Assembly: GCF_000008385.1 (NCBI RefSeq)
Contig: NC_006833.1
Coordinates: forward strand, 360,001 to 392,000
Length of the DNA stretch: 32,000 nucleotides
Source: Wolbachia endosymbiont strain TRS of Brugia malayi
GTDB lineage: Bacteria > Pseudomonadota > Alphaproteobacteria > Rickettsiales > Anaplasmataceae
Reading direction: 5' to 3'
The notes under the pieces are model-generated. The model had not been told where the DNA came from. It made no database searches and worked only from the letters and a program-made list of their open reading frames with translations. Each line of letters starts with the position of its first letter. The stretch's first letter is position 1. This document shows positions 9,289 through 18,501 of this stretch, piece after piece. Both the position numbers and the translations under genes were made by a program.

Positions 9289-11319
9289 ATGAGTCATAGC
9301 GGGAATCATCTACGCAATATTTTAATAGGGGGTGTTGTGGCTTTTAGTATACTAGAATTTTGTTTCTATTTATCTGGTATACTGTTTTATCTATTTGTTG
9401 ATGGTCCAGATGGTTTAGACTTTAAGGCAATTCGCCCTGGATTGACGCCTTTTCCTCAAGCTCTTTGGCCAACAATTTTTGATCATATACAAAATTGTTG
9501 GCATCATCCAGAGTTATATAGTCTCGAGCTTAAGATCAAATTAATTATATCTTCTGCATTGCCTGTTGTTGTTTTAATGATTATTTTGTGGAATTTAAGA
9601 GAAAGAATAATCGAGTGGCGGCCGTTTAGAAAGAAAGAATCACTCCACGGAGACTCAAAATGGGCGTCAGAAAAAGAAATACGAAAGGCAGGATTAAGAA
9701 GTAAAAAGGGGCTATTGCTTGGTAAGGATAAAAGAGGCTACTTCATTGCTGATGGATATCAACACGCGTTGCTATTTGCGCCTACAGGTTCTGGTAAGGG
9801 TGTTGGTTTTGTAATTCCTAATTTATTATTTTGGACTGACTCAGTAATTGTACACGACATAAAATTAGAAAATTATGAAATAACAAGTGGTTGGCGAGAA
9901 CGACAAGGGCAAAAGGTATACGTATGGAACCCAGCGCAGCCAGATGGAATAAGCCACTGCTATAATCCATTAGAATGGATTAGCGAAAAACCTGGACAAA
10001 TGGTTGATGATGTGCAAAAAATAGCCAACTTGATTATGCCTGAACAAGACTTTTGGCAAAATGAAGCAAGAAGCTTATTTGTTGGAGTAGTATTATACCT
10101 ACTTGCTGCACCAGAAAAAGTTAAATCTTTTGGTGAAGTTGTGCGTACGATGCGTAGCGATGACGTAGTTTACAATCTTGCTGTTGTTTTGGACACAATG
10201 GGCAAAATAATACATCCTGTGGCATATATGAACATTGCTGCTTTTTTGCAGAAAGCTGACAAAGAAAGGTCAGGTGTCGTCTCAACCATGAACTCATCTC
10301 TTGAGCTATGGGCAAACCCATTGATTGATACTGCAACTGCATCAAGTGACTTTAATATTCTAGATTTTAAGAGGAAGAAAGTTACAGTTTATGTTGGGTT
10401 AACTCCAGACAACTTAAACAGGTTAAAACCTTTAATGCAAGTTTTTTACCAGCAAGCAACTGAGTTCTTGTGTAGAAAATTGCCGTCGGATGATGAGCCT
10501 TATGGCGTGTTGTTCTTAATGGATGAGTTTCCTACACTTGGAAAAATGGAGCAATTTCAAACAGGTATTGCATATTTTCGTGGCTATAGAGTTAGATTAT
10601 TCTTAATTGTTCAAGATACTGAGCAACTTAAAGGAATATACGAAGAAGCAGGAATGAACTCCTTTTTATCAAACTCAACTTATAGAATAACTTTTGCAGC
10701 TAATAACATTGAGACAGCTAACTTAATATCGCAACTTATAGGGAACAAAACTGTACAACAAGAATCATTGAACAAACCTAAATTTTTAGACTTGAATCCT
10801 GCATCAAGATCGTTGCATATCTCTGAAACGCAAAGAGCATTGTTGTTACCTCAAGAAATTATTATGTTGCCACGTGATGAACAGATAATTTTGATAGAAT
10901 CGACTTACCCAATTAAATCAAAGAAGATCTTATACTACAGTGATAACACTTTCACAAGAAAACTACTCAAGCAGACTTATGTACCTACACAGGAGCCATA
11001 TGACCCAAACAAAGTTTTTTCTGGTGCTAACAAAAGTAAGGTTGATAACAAAGAAAACGACGCTACTGAAGGGCCTAACGCTGCTGATTATCTTGTTGAG
11101 GCTCAAACTAAAGATGCAGTATACGATGAATCAGAGATCGATGATGAGCTTAAAGAAGAAGAGATCGATGATGAAGATGTTGACGGGTTTGATGATGAGG
11201 AAGATTATGGCAAACTTAAAGGCGACGGTAAACCTAAAGAAGAAAAATATGATGATGAATTCGATAACGAATTTGAAGATGAAGATGATGGTGATAAACC
11301 AAAAAGTAATGGAAAGTAA
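9289..11319 (+). CDS. virD4: Type IV secretion coupling protein VirD4 with a highly acidic C-terminal extension
   Basis: 676 aa. Two N-terminal TM segments, 'LLFAPTGSGKGVGFVIPNLL', 'LFLMDEFPTLGKM', and a terminal D/E-rich tail. Confidence 0.96.
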   Translation: MSHSGNHLRNILIGGVVAFSILEFCFYLSGILFYLFVDGPDGLDFKAIRPGLTPFPQALWPTIFDHIQNCWHHPELYSLELKIKLIISSALPVVVLMIILWNLRERIIEWRPFRKKESLHGDSKWASEKEIRKAGLRSKKGLLLGKDKRGYFIADGYQHALLFAPTGSGKGVGFVIPNLLFWTDSVIVHDIKLENYEITSGWRERQGQKVYVWNPAQPDGISHCYNPLEWISEKPGQMVDDVQKIANLIMPEQDFWQNEARSLFVGVVLYLLAAPEKVKSFGEVVRTMRSDDVVYNLAVVLDTMGKIIHPVAYMNIAAFLQKADKERSGVVSTMNSSLELWANPLIDTATASSDFNILDFKRKKVTVYVGLTPDNLNRLKPLMQVFYQQATEFLCRKLPSDDEPYGVLFLMDEFPTLGKMEQFQTGIAYFRGYRVRLFLIVQDTEQLKGIYEEAGMNSFLSNSTYRITFAANNIETANLISQLIGNKTVQQESLNKPKFLDLNPASRSLHISETQRALLLPQEIIMLPRDEQIILIESTYPIKSKKILYYSDNTFTRKLLKQTYVPTQEPYDPNKVFSGANKSKVDNKENDATEGPNAADYLVEAQTKDAVYDESEIDDELKEEEIDDEDVDGFDDEEDYGKLKGDGKPKEEKYDDEFDNEFEDEDDGDKPKSNGK

Positions 11320-11437
11320 AGTCAATTTTGTCTTATTCTTTTAGCTTAGAAAACAGGTTATGTAAATCGTTAAGCTTTTCACATTAAGCCATTTTTAATT
11401 AATTAGTATTAAATTAGCTAATTTAAATTAGGGGAGT

Positions 11438-12283
11438 ATGATGAGCAATAAAAAAACATTAGCGGTTACAGCATTTACTTTACTGTTGTTACAACAGTCT
11501 TTTGCAAGTGAAACAGAAGGATTCTACTTTGGTGGTGGATACCATGGTCAATTTTTTAATAGCATGAGTGAACTACAAGCAAAAGGTGATAAGATATCTG
11601 TAAATGATGTGGGTAATTTGAGAACAAAAGGTCAGTTTTTAAGCAAATACCAGCGAAGTTATAACCCTCTTTTTGCTGCAAACATGGCATTTGGTTATGA
11701 AAGAAAATTAGGGAACAACAGCTATAGAACTGAATTAGAAGGAATGTATTCTTCTATAAAAGTGGATAATATTGGCTTAGAAGGCAACAGAATAAGTATA
11801 TCACACTTAAAAGATATTGGTGAAGGCAATAACAAAAAAACTTATGGGTACGGTATTCAAGTCAATAATGACAAAGTTGAGAATGCATCTGTAATGGCTA
11901 ATGCTTATTACTATTGGAAAAATGATGGTCTCTCTTTTTCACCTTATGTTGGAGCTGGGGTTGGTGCAACAAGGATGAAGATGTTTGAAACAACATCAAT
12001 AAGGCCTGCATACCAAGTGAAAGCTGGCTTAGGTTACAGCATAAATGAAAGTGTAAATATGCACATCGGGTATAGACATTTTGGCGTTATTGGCAGTAAT
12101 TTTGACCTTACAACACAAGTATTGAACCAATTAAACAACGATGGTAGCCGTGTAAGCCAGGTATTCAATAAGAATCACCCAGCATCAGATAATCAGACAG
12201 GTAGCATAAATATAGGTAGTACATTATTTGCCACACACGGTATAGAAGCTGGTCTTACTTTTCATTTTGCTAGCAAGGTTTAA
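11438..12283 (+). CDS. wspB: Wolbachia surface protein-family outer membrane protein (WspB-like)
   Basis: 281 aa with a signal peptide and beta-barrel outer-membrane pattern ('FYFGGGYHGQF', 'SFSPYVGAGVGATRMKM', 'GLTFHF'). Its position directly after virD4 matches the known Wolbachia vir operon. Confidence 0.88.
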   Translation: MMSNKKTLAVTAFTLLLLQQSFASETEGFYFGGGYHGQFFNSMSELQAKGDKISVNDVGNLRTKGQFLSKYQRSYNPLFAANMAFGYERKLGNNSYRTELEGMYSSIKVDNIGLEGNRISISHLKDIGEGNNKKTYGYGIQVNNDKVENASVMANAYYYWKNDGLSFSPYVGAGVGATRMKMFETTSIRPAYQVKAGLGYSINESVNMHIGYRHFGVIGSNFDLTTQVLNQLNNDGSRVSQVFNKNHPASDNQTGSINIGSTLFATHGIEAGLTFHFASKV

Positions 12284-12328
12284 ACATGTTGTTCTTCTAG
12301 AGAAGATGATAGCTTTTCTTGGTGTTAT

Positions 12329-12412
12329 TTCCAGTCCCCTCTTCTTGTTATCCAAATAACCGACCTGGAATCTAGAAAAAAGGAAATATGAATGCCAGTG
12401 TCAAACACTGGC
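12329..12412. repeat. Palindromic intergenic element with stem-loops
   Basis: GTTAT-CCAA-ATAAC (12347-12360), TTCCAG (12329-12334) with CTGGAA (12365-12370), and GCCAGTG-TCAAA-CACTGGC (12394-12412). Confidence 0.7.
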
Positions 12413-12469
12413 ACAGCAAAGTAAGGGATGACAGTACAGGGTGACAGAGATAATACAAGAAAACATTAG

Positions 12470-13309
12470 CTATGTTCTTTTTATAACAATGCACCTTTTC
12501 ATTCCTGCTAAATCATACATGTATTCCTGAAAAGCTAGCTCATAAGAGGGAACTATTTTGTCAATATCATTTTGATCTTCACCTATTTCCAGTATTGCAA
12601 ACCCATTTTTCTTAAGGCACCTTTTCAATATTGGAAAAATACTCAAGTAACAGCTTAAGCCGTCAATTCCACCATCAAGAGCAATTTTTGGCTCTTTTTG
12701 CACTTCAGCTTGCAGGTCTTTTAATTTGTCTCTTCTAATATATGGAGGATTGCTGATTATAAGATCGAATAAGCCTTTGCACTCTGTCCAAGAACTTGGG
12801 AACATTTTAGCTCTGCCAAGCAGATTATGTTTTTCCATGTTCTGACAGGCAACTTTATATGCTTTTAAGCTTTTTTCAAAACCGACACCAACAGCATGTT
12901 CATATTCACTAAGTACGGATATCAATAAACAACCTGTGCCTGTACCAAAATCTGCAATTTCCATTTCCTGCTTCTTGTTTGGATAATATTTTAACGCTGC
13001 TGAGACTAGTATTTCACTATCTGCTCTTGGGTCCAAAACGTGCCGATTGACTATAAAATTCTTACTCCAGAATTCACGGTTGCCTATTATTTGCGATATT
13101 GGGTACCTTTCTGCTCTTTTTTTCGTCAATTTCCAAAATAGCTGTTCTTTTTTTATCGATACTTGATCAGCGTAGTTCATAATTATGAACGATCTTTCTA
13201 CGTCAAGAACATGCTGCATAATAATTTCGCAGTCCAAATACGGTGATTCAACTTTATGAGATGATAATAGCTTTGATCCCTCTTGAATTAGAGTACCGAT
13301 TGTTTTCAT
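12470..13309 (-). CDS. prmC: Peptide chain release factor N5-glutamine methyltransferase (HemK/PrmC)
   Basis: 'ADFGTGTGCLLISVL' SAM motif and 'DLIISNPPYIRRDKL' NPPY motif. The ORF extends to 13405, but M at 13309 ('MKTIGTLIQEG') is the likely start. Confidence 0.93.
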   Translation of the reverse strand: MKTIGTLIQEGSKLLSSHKVESPYLDCEIIMQHVLDVERSFIIMNYADQVSIKKEQLFWKLTKKRAERYPISQIIGNREFWSKNFIVNRHVLDPRADSEILVSAALKYYPNKKQEMEIADFGTGTGCLLISVLSEYEHAVGVGFEKSLKAYKVACQNMEKHNLLGRAKMFPSSWTECKGLFDLIISNPPYIRRDKLKDLQAEVQKEPKIALDGGIDGLSCYLSIFPILKRCLKKNGFAILEIGEDQNDIDKIVPSYELAFQEYMYDLAGMKRCIVIKRT

Positions 13310-13479
13310 TATTTCAAAATTTTGCCTTTTAATCGTATGGTTGTAGTTTGAGTCTACTGAAGAAAAGCATTGCTTTTCTCTCTTGTCACCACCAGTATAG
13401 CGCATACAATGTGATGATACCCTATGAGAAATATAAAACCTAGGTTAGAGTAACTGCATCAGATCTCAGTGTCAAACAG

Positions 13480-13791
13480 GTTACAATCTAGTCACTTCAG
13501 TTTTACCATTAATGTGCGAAGTTTCTTCCAGCTCTGTTAAAGGATTTTCCATTTTTCCCAGCTAAGTGTCTAATTTGTTCTGTATGTTCGACAAGCAAAT
13601 CAAAGCCAAGTCACAATTTTATCAAATTGTTTTGCTTCAGCACATTATACGGCTAATTCCTCGAATTCTTCTATACCACATGAGCTTCTTATTTCTTGCT
13701 GCATGCTTTTGAATATCTCTCTTATTTAGGTTAAATTGTAACAAATCTTCTCCTGATATCCAGCAATTCTCTTTTGATATATATCAATCAT
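13480..13791 (-). pseudogene. Degraded coding remnant, family unknown
   Basis: Coding-like minus-strand reading split by stops and frame changes: MIDIYQKRIAGYQEKICYNLT*IREIFKSMQQEIRSSCGIEEFEELAV*, then GFDLLVEHTEQIRHLAGKNGK / ENPLTELEETSHINGKTEVTRL*. Confidence 0.4.
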
Positions 13792-14224
13792 TTTTTGGCA
13801 TGAGTTACCCCTAAGTGAATGCTCCTTTTTCTCCTGTATACAAAAACTTTGAAAATCTTTGCAGTTAAGTATTGCCTCTCTATTTTTTTATGTCATTAAT
13901 TATGCTGACTATTGACCCACCTGTTTCCCTTAGGTTTTTTTCCGTTCTCTTCCTTCAAGTGCATACTTGGGTTTACTTTTTGCCTGGGATGCTATTTATA
14001 TAATGCTTCTATCTCTACGTCTCTATTATAAACATTTCTTCACTCATCATTTGATAGTATTGCTATAGCATCTTCTCTTTTACCATGCGATTTAGGTACT
14101 TTTTTTGAACGAACTAACATGACTTAGTAAAAAGTCCTTTATGAGCTCTTCTTTTTTTACTTTAGATAATTTCTCTAGGGCAAACTGGTATTTTAAAAAT
14201 TCCAAATGCTAGATACTTTTTTGC

Positions 14225-14437
14225 TTTAGTTATAAACTCTTAAGAAATTTACCAAGCGGGAAAAAAGGCAAGAAAAACTCATTAGCTAGTTATTCACTAT
14301 CTATTTTATAATGTTGGAATTTTTAAGTTTAAGTCCCCAGTAGGTGCAATTTACAGCATTAGCTAACAATGTAGACAACAATGTAAAAGACATAAGGCAC
14401 ACATAGTGCAAAAAGTTAAACATGAGATGCTAAATAC
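14225..14437 (-). repeat. Dispersed repeat, copy A (inverted relative to copies B and C)
   Basis: The reverse complement reads '...TTAGCATCTCATGTTTAACTTTTTGCACTATGTGTGCCTTATGTCTTTTAC...CTTGCCTTTTTTCCCGCTTGGTAAATTTCTTAAGAGTTTATAACTAAAG'. This matches copy B at both ends. Confidence 0.75.
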
Positions 14438-14613
14438 ATTAAGTTTTTTTGTCATTTTATCTGCATAGACTGAAGATAAATAAGTATCTTCAATACTATG
14501 GTAAGGAGGCTGACGAAGTTTGCCAAGTAAATTTCTTATACTTTGTTCCTATATTAAAACTTTAACTTCTAACTTATTATTAGTAATATTATTTATACAA
14601 ATAACTATGATTT

Positions 14614-16602
14614 ATGCCTGAGCTTGGGAATATATTACTACTGTTGTCCTGCTTATTGTCCTTAACATATCTATTTCTACCGTTCAATTCTTACCGATTC
14701 ATTACCACTGCCATATTCTTCTGTATATCAGTATCAATGGCTATTTTGATCTACTGCCACATTATAAACGATTTCTCACTCGAAAACGTATATTACCACT
14801 CTCATACGACAAAACCTTTGATCTATAAAATCTGTGGCGTTTGGGGAAATAAAGAAGGGTCTATGTTGCTTTGGACCTTAGTGCTTACTTTTTACCTATT
14901 TCTAATGGATATTTTTATTGGTGATAACAGTGAATTAAAGAAAGTATCCTTGATCACTCAAGGCTTAATCTGCTTTTGTTTTTCGCTGTTTACTTTACTT
15001 AAGTCCGATCCTTTTACTAAAATGCCAAGCATAGAAACAGATGGCCTTGGTTTTCATCCGATATTGCAGGACATAGGCCTTGCCATTCATCCACCAATAT
15101 TATATTTGGGGTACCTTGGATTTAGCGTTCCCTTTTCGCTCTCTATAGCTGGGTTAATTATAAACATCGAAGGAGACATTTGGGCTAAAATTGTCAGGCC
15201 ATGGGTACTTGTTTCTTGGTCGCTACTTACCTTGGGTATTAGCCTTGGCAGTTGGTGGGCATACCGCGAACTTGGGTGGGGTGGATTTTGGTTTTGGGAT
15301 CCAGTAGAAAACGTTTCTTTAATGCCATGGTTAATTGCAGTAGCACTGACGCATCTGTTACTCGTGGTACGAAATTTCAATATTTTAAGGAACTTTGCCA
15401 TTTTGCTTACGCTCACAACTTTCATATTGAGTGTAACTGGAACATTTTTAGTCCGCTCTGGAATACTTTCTTCAGTTCACACGTTTGCAGATGATCCAGG
15501 ATATGGGCTGTATATACTGGCTTTACTTGGTGTAATTACAGCCAGTAGCTTAGCAATATTTGTGGCATTTACGAAAAAGAGTGGATCTCTTATTACATTA
15601 CCATCTATCATCCAATTAGCTGATATTGGGATCCAGGGAAAAAGTATGCAGTCACATGCTGGCATGACACCAAAGAATACACCAAAGCAAAACTTTCCTA
15701 TTTTGTCCCGCTTTACAATGATACTGATGAACAATTTATTATTAATTACTGCCTTTTTCATCGTGTTTATTGGCACTTTATACCCTACAATGCTTAAATA
15801 TTTAACCGGTGAACTCATTTCAGTTGGAGCACCGTACTACAATTCCTTATTTAATCCTATTGCACTGGCTACTCTAGTGCTTACCATGGTAGGACAATAC
15901 TGCCGTTGGCAGGGGAATAGCTTGTTACCAATATTCCATGAATATAGACTCTCATTCTGTAGTGCTGCAGCCATCTTACCGTTTATCTTTCATATGGAGC
16001 TAATGATTGTGCTATCAATTACAATCTCCATGGCACTATTAGCCTTTGTTTTAGAAGCATATAGCAAAAGAATTCGTTTATTTAAAGTGGCATTTAGTGA
16101 ATCAATTTCATTAGTAAGAGGAGTTTCCAAGTCTTACTATGCTATGATGTTAGCTCATGCTGGGGTAGCAATTCTAGTACTTGGTATAGCCTATTCAGTC
16201 GGTTGGCAAGAAAAAAAAGAAAATTACCTAAAAATAGGAGATAGCATAACAGTCAACAAATTCAAAGTTACTTTACGAAATACTGAATTTATAAAAAAGA
16301 AGAATTTCCATGCAGTGAGAGGCACAATGGATATTAGAAATTTGTTGAACAACAAGATACTAGGTGAAGTAACCCCTGAATATAGATTTTATCTTGTGGA
16401 GGGTCAGAAAAATATTGAAAGCAGTATTTACCACAATTTATTTTCTGATATTTATATTGTAATTGGCGAGATTGATAAAAATAAAAACAAGATCGCCACT
16501 AAAGTACACTACAAACCTGGAATGCCTATAATCTGGTTTGGATCCTGCCTTATCGCTTTTGGTTCGCTCCTTGTTGCTTTGCCCTTATTGAGAAGATTTT
16601 GA
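14614..16602 (+). CDS. ccmF: Cytochrome c-type biogenesis protein CcmF (heme lyase)
   Basis: 662 aa polytopic membrane protein with the haem-handling signature 'SWWAYRELGWGGFWFWDPVENVSLMPW'. Confidence 0.96.
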   Translation: MPELGNILLLLSCLLSLTYLFLPFNSYRFITTAIFFCISVSMAILIYCHIINDFSLENVYYHSHTTKPLIYKICGVWGNKEGSMLLWTLVLTFYLFLMDIFIGDNSELKKVSLITQGLICFCFSLFTLLKSDPFTKMPSIETDGLGFHPILQDIGLAIHPPILYLGYLGFSVPFSLSIAGLIINIEGDIWAKIVRPWVLVSWSLLTLGISLGSWWAYRELGWGGFWFWDPVENVSLMPWLIAVALTHLLLVVRNFNILRNFAILLTLTTFILSVTGTFLVRSGILSSVHTFADDPGYGLYILALLGVITASSLAIFVAFTKKSGSLITLPSIIQLADIGIQGKSMQSHAGMTPKNTPKQNFPILSRFTMILMNNLLLITAFFIVFIGTLYPTMLKYLTGELISVGAPYYNSLFNPIALATLVLTMVGQYCRWQGNSLLPIFHEYRLSFCSAAAILPFIFHMELMIVLSITISMALLAFVLEAYSKRIRLFKVAFSESISLVRGVSKSYYAMMLAHAGVAILVLGIAYSVGWQEKKENYLKIGDSITVNKFKVTLRNTEFIKKKNFHAVRGTMDIRNLLNNKILGEVTPEYRFYLVEGQKNIESSIYHNLFSDIYIVIGEIDKNKNKIATKVHYKPGMPIIWFGSCLIAFGSLLVALPLLRRF

Positions 16603-16710
16603 TGGGGCTCCTTTATACTACCACAAAAAGCACTTGACAAACCTCGTTAGCCCCCTTATCCTGATACTGAAGGTATTAAGTTACCTCCAATCTGTGCAGA
16701 TTAAAATAAT

Positions 16711-16750
16711 AAAGTATTATATAGTTAGCATCTTATGTTTAATTTTTTGC
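16711..16750 (+). repeat. Dispersed repeat, copy C (short)
   Basis: 40 bp AAAGTATTATATAGTTAGCATCTTATGTTTAATTTTTTGC, identical to 27985-28024. Confidence 0.9.
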
Positions 16751-16769
16751 CATGTAAATGCTGTTGATT

Positions 16770-17430
16770 TTCTGGGATTACCATAATTACGGACCGAGGA
16801 GTAAGTGTTGATAGTGCTAGTACAGATGGTCATACACCGCTACACTACGCTTACCATTATAGCGAGTTGGAGGTTGTAAAATTTCTTGTAACAAAATATT
16901 TATGCTGAATGCAATGGGTTTAAGGCTTTAAATCTTGCTGCTATGCATGTTCACAAGAATGTTGTAGAGTTTTTCCTCAACCAAGAACTGAATATTAGTG
17001 ACCCTGATAAAGATGGTTGGACATCATTGCATTACGCTGTTCAAAGAGGATGCTTAGAAGTTGTGAAATTTCTTGCCAGAAAGGGAAAAAGCATTAACGT
17101 TGAAAATGCTTATGGAAGTAAGCCAGTGCATAGGGCCGCTTCCGGTGGGCACAAAAACGTTGTAGAATTTTTCTTAATCAAGGAATAAGCATTAATGATA
17201 CTGGAGAAATAGGTAATACACTATTACGTTTTGCTGCTCAAGAAGATTATCCAGAAAGTTATGAAGTTTCTTCTAGGTAGAGGTGCTAATGCTAGTATAA
17301 AAAACGATTGTGGTGAAAAGCCAATTGATACTGCCAGGAGGAAAGGTCATTCAAATGTTATGGAATTGCTTACTTGGAACTGTGTCCATACTATCAACAT
17401 ACTCTAAGAAAAAGGGCAAGAAAAGTTTTT
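16770..17430 (+). pseudogene. Frameshifted ankyrin-repeat protein pseudogene
   Basis: Ankyrin repeat blocks lie in changing frames: 'DRGVSVDSASTDGHTPLHYAYHYSELEVVKFLVTKYL*', 'ALNLAAMHVHKNVVEFFLNQ...DKDGWTSLHYAVQRGCLEVVKFLARKG', 'GISINDTGEIGNTLLRFAAQED', 'KFLLGRGANASIKNDCGEKPIDTARRKGHSNVMELL'. Confidence 0.85.
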
Positions 17431-17750
17431 ACGTAGAATTTTTAATGCAGATGTAAAATAAAGTCTTTATTTACCTTCTCTTGAAGCAAGGAATATTAAA
17501 ATTAACGTAAGTGTACTGCAATTACTCGTGGCTACCCCCAGGCTTTTATCACAGAGTGACAAGCCATTTTTAAGCAACTTAGAGGCTTCAGCTAAGATTT
17601 ATGGAGCGTATAAGCACGGGGTAAGCAAGTATCTAAAAGAGAAGAAAGAGAAGTTTTTTCCTTTAGCAAGTTACTCAATAACTTTGAAAGACAGCTAGAT
17701 CCTGCTACGAATAATCTACCTTCAAGCTTAATTCTGATGAAGATATAAGG

Positions 17751-18488
17751 TTAAAGTGATAGTATAAGGTTTCTTGATTCTGGAAATCTCATATTTAGCT
17801 GCGAAAATAGATACTTATTTAAAAAATATCCTGTAACTTTTAATCCTAATTGAAATTCTTGATATGAGTAGCTGTTTTGTAGGTTATTATTATACACGTC
17901 ATGCAGCATTTGTGGAAAAGGTAATAGTTTATCCGCATAATAATCTCCTACTTTCTTTGACACCGCTCTGCCAGTTTTTGGAGAAATAAATTGTAAATTT
18001 TCCTTAACACCCGTTACAGCGCATTTAGATAGATCTAACTTAAACCCCAACTGTGCAAGAAGCAAAAGCTCTAAGTTAAGGTAATGGCCTTGCCAAGGTT
18101 CACTACCATGCTTAATTACATCAATGAAATACTGAAAGTTATCATATAGCACGGCACAAGGCTCGCTCTCTGGAAGTACTTTTTCCAAGATAGAAGAAAA
18201 AGAAACAATAGTGATGCTTTTTAAGCTATCCTGAAAGAAGTGGTGAAATGGAGATTCTATCAATTCACACTTAAAAAATCCTAGATTTTCAGGTAGCTTA
18301 GCACTCCATTCTGCATGTAATAGATTACTCACCTGAAATTTATAACTGCTATCGTTTGTCAACCGAGTTAGTCCTCTGCACTTTCCATGGTTTTTCATGA
18401 ACAGAGAAAGAATTAAGCTTTTATCACCGTACTTTTTAGCAGCTATAATAATGCCTTCATCTTTCCATCTCATTTTAACTTGACGCAT
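17751..18488 (-). CDS. recO: DNA repair protein RecO
   Basis: 245 aa. N-terminal OB-fold-like start 'MRWKDEGIIIAAKKYGDKSLILSLFMKNHGKCRGL' and a typical RecO C-terminal domain ('LELLLLAQLGFKLDLSKCAVTG'). Confidence 0.88.
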   Translation of the reverse strand: MRQVKMRWKDEGIIIAAKKYGDKSLILSLFMKNHGKCRGLTRLTNDSSYKFQVSNLLHAEWSAKLPENLGFFKCELIESPFHHFFQDSLKSITIVSFSSILEKVLPESEPCAVLYDNFQYFIDVIKHGSEPWQGHYLNLELLLLAQLGFKLDLSKCAVTGVKENLQFISPKTGRAVSKKVGDYYADKLLPFPQMLHDVYNNNLQNSYSYQEFQLGLKVTGYFLNKYLFSQLNMRFPESRNLILSL

Positions 18489-18501
18489 ATGTTTTTAATC
18501 T

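Noticed and set aside
10940-11344. 134 aa plus-strand ORF overlapping the virD4 3' end, and the matching minus-strand ORF
   Set aside because: Met/Lys/Leu-rich or Phe/Ile-rich translations are expected by-products of the acidic GAT/GAA-rich virD4 tail read in other frames.
12304-12469. Possible CRISPR-like or regularly spaced repeats
   Set aside because: Only isolated palindromes are present. There is no repeat-spacer periodicity and no cas genes in the window.
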